IMG/VR virus record: IMGVR_UViG_3300010400_000007
Strand: one strand, 5' to 3'
DNA from: a virus
Length of the DNA: 60,555 bases
Notes under the pieces: model-generated
Databases searched by the model: none
What the model was told of the DNA's origin: nothing
Seen by the model: the letters and a program-made list of their open reading frames with translations, nothing else
In this document: positions 57,703-60,555 of the stretch, one piece after another
How the letters are laid out: each line of letters begins with the position of its first letter
How positions within the stretch are numbered: position 1 is the stretch's first letter
Program-made: the position numbers and the translations under genes

Positions 57703-58956
57703 CTAGTTCCTCCCGCCCGTGGCGTGCTGGGCCGGGCGAGCGCCAGGCCGGTGGTTCTTGCGCATCTCCTCGAAGAGCTCGCTGTTCTTTGCCTTGAGAT
57801 CGGCGCGCTCCTGGAACGAGAGCTCCGCGTAGGTCTTGCCGTTCCACCGCAGTTCCGTGGCCCCCGCAGCCAGCGGCGAAGGCGCGGGCTGCTTCTTGTC
57901 CCCGCTGAGCGCCGCGATCGGACTCAGGTTCTCGATCCACTTCTCGGCGCCCTTGAGCGTGACATCGCCGGCCGCGACCTGGTCGCGGACCTCCTTCTCG
58001 AGGTGCGGCGTCAGCTTGTTCTCGGCCTTGCCCTTCGCGATCAGCGTCTCGAGCGTGCTCGCCTGCATGCTCTTCTCGAGCGCGACGTTCTGCTCCTTCA
58101 CCTTGGGCAGCTCGGTGTGCGAGCCCTGCCACGCCTTCAGCGTGCCGATGGCTTCCTCGCCGGTGGCGCCGAGAATCGCCTCGATGCGGGTCAACAGCGC
58201 GAGACGCGCGGACGTCGTGGGGTCTTCAGCCATGGTCCTCTCCTCGTCGGCGCTTTGATCCTCGCCGCTGGTCTGCGCCCGGATCCGTCCGGGTACCGAA
58301 ATCTCCGATCGCGCCTGGGCAACCGCTGCGAGCAAGCCCGCGGGGACATGCACCAGGTCGCTCAGGTCGAGGCCCGCGAGCGCCTTCGCCTTGCTCGCGC
58401 CCTTCTTTGCAGGCTTCACCTTGTCGACGAAGCCCTTCTCCTTGGCCTCGTTCGGGGTCATCCAGGTCTCGGCGTCCATCATCGCCAGGACCTCGTCGCG
58501 GCCGATGCCCGTGCGCGCCATGTAGGCCGCAGCGATCTGGTCGCGCATCTTGTCGAGCAGGTCCGCCGTCGCGCGCATCTCGTCGGACTCGCCGAGCGCC
58601 AACCCCCACGGGTTGTGGATCATGACGAAGCCGTTTGATGCGATGCGGATCTCGTCGGCCGCCATCAAGATCACGCTCGCCATGCTCGCGGCGAGCGCGT
58701 CGACGTCGGCCTCGACGCGCGCGGGGTGCTCGTTCAGCAGGTTGTAGATCGCGAACCCGTCGATGACATCGCCGCCGCGGCTGTTCACGCGCAGCTTGAT
58801 CGTCGAGGCGTTTTTCGCCTCCTTGAGGCGCGCGCGCACGCTCTTCGCCGACACGCCTTCGCGCCACCAGCTCTCGCCGATCACGTCGTAGATGTCGATC
58901 TCGAGCGTCTCCGAGCCCTCGCCCCGGAGCGCAAACGTCCATCGCGGATTCGACAT
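57703..58956 (-). CDS. ClpP-like (S14) head maturation protease fused to a scaffold-like C-terminal half
   Basis: INSRGGDVIDGFAIYNLL...ALAASMASVILMAADEIRIASNGFVMIHNPWG shows the Ser/His catalytic pattern. The C-terminus is helical and Ala/Glu/Lys-rich. Confidence 0.8.
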   Translation of the reverse strand: MSNPRWTFALRGEGSETLEIDIYDVIGESWWREGVSAKSVRARLKEAKNASTIKLRVNSRGGDVIDGFAIYNLLNEHPARVEADVDALAASMASVILMAADEIRIASNGFVMIHNPWGLALGESDEMRATADLLDKMRDQIAAAYMARTGIGRDEVLAMMDAETWMTPNEAKEKGFVDKVKPAKKGASKAKALAGLDLSDLVHVPAGLLAAVAQARSEISVPGRIRAQTSGEDQSADEERTMAEDPTTSARLALLTRIEAILGATGEEAIGTLKAWQGSHTELPKVKEQNVALEKSMQASTLETLIAKGKAENKLTPHLEKEVRDQVAAGDVTLKGAEKWIENLSPIAALSGDKKQPAPSPLAAGATELRWNGKTYAELSFQERADLKAKNSELFEEMRKNHRPGARPAQHATGGRN

Positions 58957-58965
58957 GGATGGACC

Positions 58966-59241
58966 TCAGCCCGCGTCGGCTTCGGGGGCGGGCTGGCCGC
59001 TCGCCGCGGGCGTGAAGTCGACGTACACCTCGCCGCCGAGTTCGAACTCGGCAACCGCCTCGGGCTTGACGCAAGTCAGCGAGATCTGTCCTCCAGGCGT
59101 CGCTTGCCAAAACTTCGAGTTCTCGCTGTTGGGATCGCTCCCCTGGTAGACGGCGGACAGCTTCACCGTCTGCACCTCCTGACCGTTGCCCCACTTCGAA
59201 CGCTCGATGCTGTCGACCTTGAACTTGGCTCGGACGGTCAT
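58966..59241 (-). CDS. Hypothetical head-module protein (91 aa)
   Basis: ATG at 59241 after CAGGAGAG. MTVRAKFKVDSIERSKWGNGQEVQTVKLSAVYQG... Confidence 0.55.
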   Translation of the reverse strand: MTVRAKFKVDSIERSKWGNGQEVQTVKLSAVYQGSDPNSENSKFWQATPGGQISLTCVKPEAVAEFELGGEVYVDFTPAASGQPAPEADAG

Positions 59242-59267
59242 GGTGCTCTCCTGATGGGAATGCGGAC

Positions 59268-59293
59268 GCCCCGGGGAGGCGCCTCCCCGGGGC
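59268..59293. repeat. Perfect 26-bp palindrome GCCCCGGGGAGGCGCCTCCCCGGGGC
   Basis: Read directly. Lies in the 160-nt gap between the 59401 gene and the capsid-assembly genes. A second small palindrome CTAGTgACTAG is at 59321..59331. Confidence 0.85.
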
Positions 59294-59400
59294 TTAGACA
59301 ACCGCGTGCCCGCAGCGTGGCTAGTGACTAGCGCCGCCAGGTCGTGACCCGGAAGCTCCTCACCACGCCGCACCTTCTCTTTTTTGGTGTAGCTGCCCGC

Positions 59401-59712
59401 TCAGTGGATCGGCTGCTTCGGAGCGCCGTCCGGTTCTGGCGGATTGAATCGTTCGATCGGCTCGAGCTCGGGCGCGCTGGTCACCGTCACGCCCGCGCGC
59501 ACCGCGTGCGCGTTGAGCCACTCGTTCACGAGCTGCGCGTCCTCGATGTCGAGCCGGCGCGGCTTGCAGGGGGCCATCTCGACCTGCACCGGCACGAGGA
59601 ACCCGCCCTTCGCCTTCAGCACGTCGGCGCGCACCGCCTCGGCGAGCGCGCTTGTGCCGCGCACCCTGCCGCCGAGGCTGACCTCCGTGCCGTCGCTGAG
59701 CTCCCACTTCAC
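59401..59712 (-). CDS. Hypothetical protein (103 aa)
   Basis: ATGA coupling to the MuF stop. Balanced composition. Confidence 0.5.
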   Translation of the reverse strand: MKWELSDGTEVSLGGRVRGTSALAEAVRADVLKAKGGFLVPVQVEMAPCKPRRLDIEDAQLVNEWLNAHAVRAGVTVTSAPELEPIERFNPPEPDGAPKQPIH

Positions 59713-60555
59713 TTCACGGACTCTCCCGCGAGCTGCCCGAGGGCAAACCAGAACGCTTCCTCGTCTTTGTCTACCAAATTCGCGGTGTTCTGGTGGAGCT
59801 CCTCGAGCGCCATGGAAGAAACCTCCGTGGCGAAGCGCGTGCCCATGCGGTCCAAGTAATCCTTGCCCATGTAAGGATTGAAGAAACGGTCCCGCTTGGC
59901 GATTTCGTCAGCCCGATAACCATTGTTCCCGGTCAGCTCGCGCATGGTGAGTGCGACCTCGCCTGCGGTGCGCTGCTTCAGGAACGCTTCGGCCGCGCGC
60001 CGGGCCCGGTCGTTGTGCTGCTCGAGGCCGTGCGCCATCTCGTGCACCAGGGTCGAGTGCCCGTCGTCGAGCAGCTGGCCGAGGCGCGTGATCCAGTGGG
60101 TCCAAACGACGCGCGCCGCGGGGTCGTAGTAGGCGCGCGAGTTCGCCCACTTGATCACGTAGCCGCGGCGCCGGTCGGGCAGCACCAGCGACGCGTCCGA
60201 CAGCTCAGCCCAGAACGCACGCACCTTGCGGACGATCTCGCCCGCCGTCTTTCTCAGCTGCAGCGGCGCACCCGGTCCCACGGCCGGAGTCGCCAAGCTC
60301 ACTGCCTGCCCGGTCGGCCGGATGCCGGCGCGGTGCCCGATCAGGCCGGCCAGCGCGCGCACCTCGTCGAGCGTGCCCTTGAGCGAGGGCGTCTTGTCGA
60401 GCGCGCCCGTGAGCGCGTCCGCGACCTCGCCCAGGGTCTTGACGCCGGCGGGCACGAAGCCGTCGGCCTCGGCCTGGCGCAGGCGCGTGAACAGCGGCGT
60501 CGCATTGCCGCTGGTGGTGATCCCGATGTCCTCAGTCAGCTGAACGAACTGGCGC
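59709..60555 (-). CDS. C-terminal part of the MuF-family protein: HExxH (zincin-like) domain; continuous with 1..983
   Basis: The tracked M at 60455 is an internal GTG (..DGFVPAGVKTL..). STLVHEMAHGLEQHND at 60030..60044, followed by a helical region with conserved-looking E/D residues. Confidence 0.75.
   Translation of the reverse strand, partial: RQFVQLTEDIGITTSGNATPLFTRLRQAEADGFVPAGVKTLGEVADALTGALDKTPSLKGTLDEVRALAGLIGHRAGIRPTGQAVSLATPAVGPGAPLQLRKTAGEIVRKVRAFWAELSDASLVLPDRRRGYVIKWANSRAYYDPAARVVWTHWITRLGQLLDDGHSTLVHEMAHGLEQHNDRARRAAEAFLKQRTAGEVALTMRELTGNNGYRADEIAKRDRFFNPYMGKDYLDRMGTRFATEVSSMALEELHQNTANLVDKDEEAFWFALGQLAGESVK
60433..60555. repeat. Terminal direct repeat, copy 2 (identical to 1..123)
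   Basis: Same 123-nt string as the window start. Consistent with an assembly overlap of a circular molecule or a short DTR. Confidence 0.95.

Larger units (their letters stand above)
1..60555. mobile_element. Complete temperate tailed-phage genome (contractile tail, Mu-like head module), circularly closed or terminally redundant assembly
   Basis: Full set of packaging, head, tail, lysis, replication, immunity and integration genes. Identical 123-bp termini. The MuF gene is in frame across the junction. Confidence 0.85.

Noticed and set aside
56524-58638. 704-aa plus-strand ORF
   Set aside because: It is antisense to the capsid and protease/scaffold genes, which have clear family motifs.

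Overview
This GC-rich 60,555-bp window looks like one complete temperate, contractile-tailed phage genome. The first 123 bp are identical to the last 123 bp, so the unique length is 60,432 bp. One gene, the MuF-like head protein, reads in frame across that junction. This implies a circularly closed or terminally redundant assembly.

Gene layout:
- Two divergent transcription arms start at an immunity switch near 13.95-15.1 kb and converge near 34.95 kb on palindromes and terminators.
- The minus-strand arm runs from 13,949 down to 1, wraps, and continues from 60,432 down to 35,045. It carries cro-like and XRE regulators, a DUF2303 protein, Dam and N6/N4 methyltransferases, a replication initiator and DnaC-like loader, a DUF1064 nuclease, HTH and sigma-like regulators, TerS and TerL. 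It then carries a Mu-type portal and MuF, a ClpP-like protease/scaffold, the capsid protein, head-tail connectors, sheath, tube, a frameshifted tail chaperone, tape measure, baseplate, fibers and tailspike, and a lysis cassette.
- The plus-strand arm runs from about 14,071 to 34,932. It carries a CI-like repressor, an annealing-like protein with an SbcCD-like nuclease, ASCH, a HerA-like ATPase, LuxR, Gp37/Gp68, xis-int with an attP candidate, a C5 methyltransferase, many small Cys-rich proteins and two membrane proteins.

Most notable observations:
- Two reverse-oriented secreted/lipoprotein cassettes sit inside the tail module.
- The C5 methyltransferase has a five-fold tandem repeat of its target-recognition-proximal module.
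- The MuF protein has a C-terminal HExxH domain.
- A CAU-anticodon tRNA-like element lies upstream of terS.
- A 10-bp palindromic operator motif flanks the repressor gene on both sides.
- An iteron-like tract lies inside the replication initiator gene.

All functional calls come from motif recognition by eye. No database searches were run.
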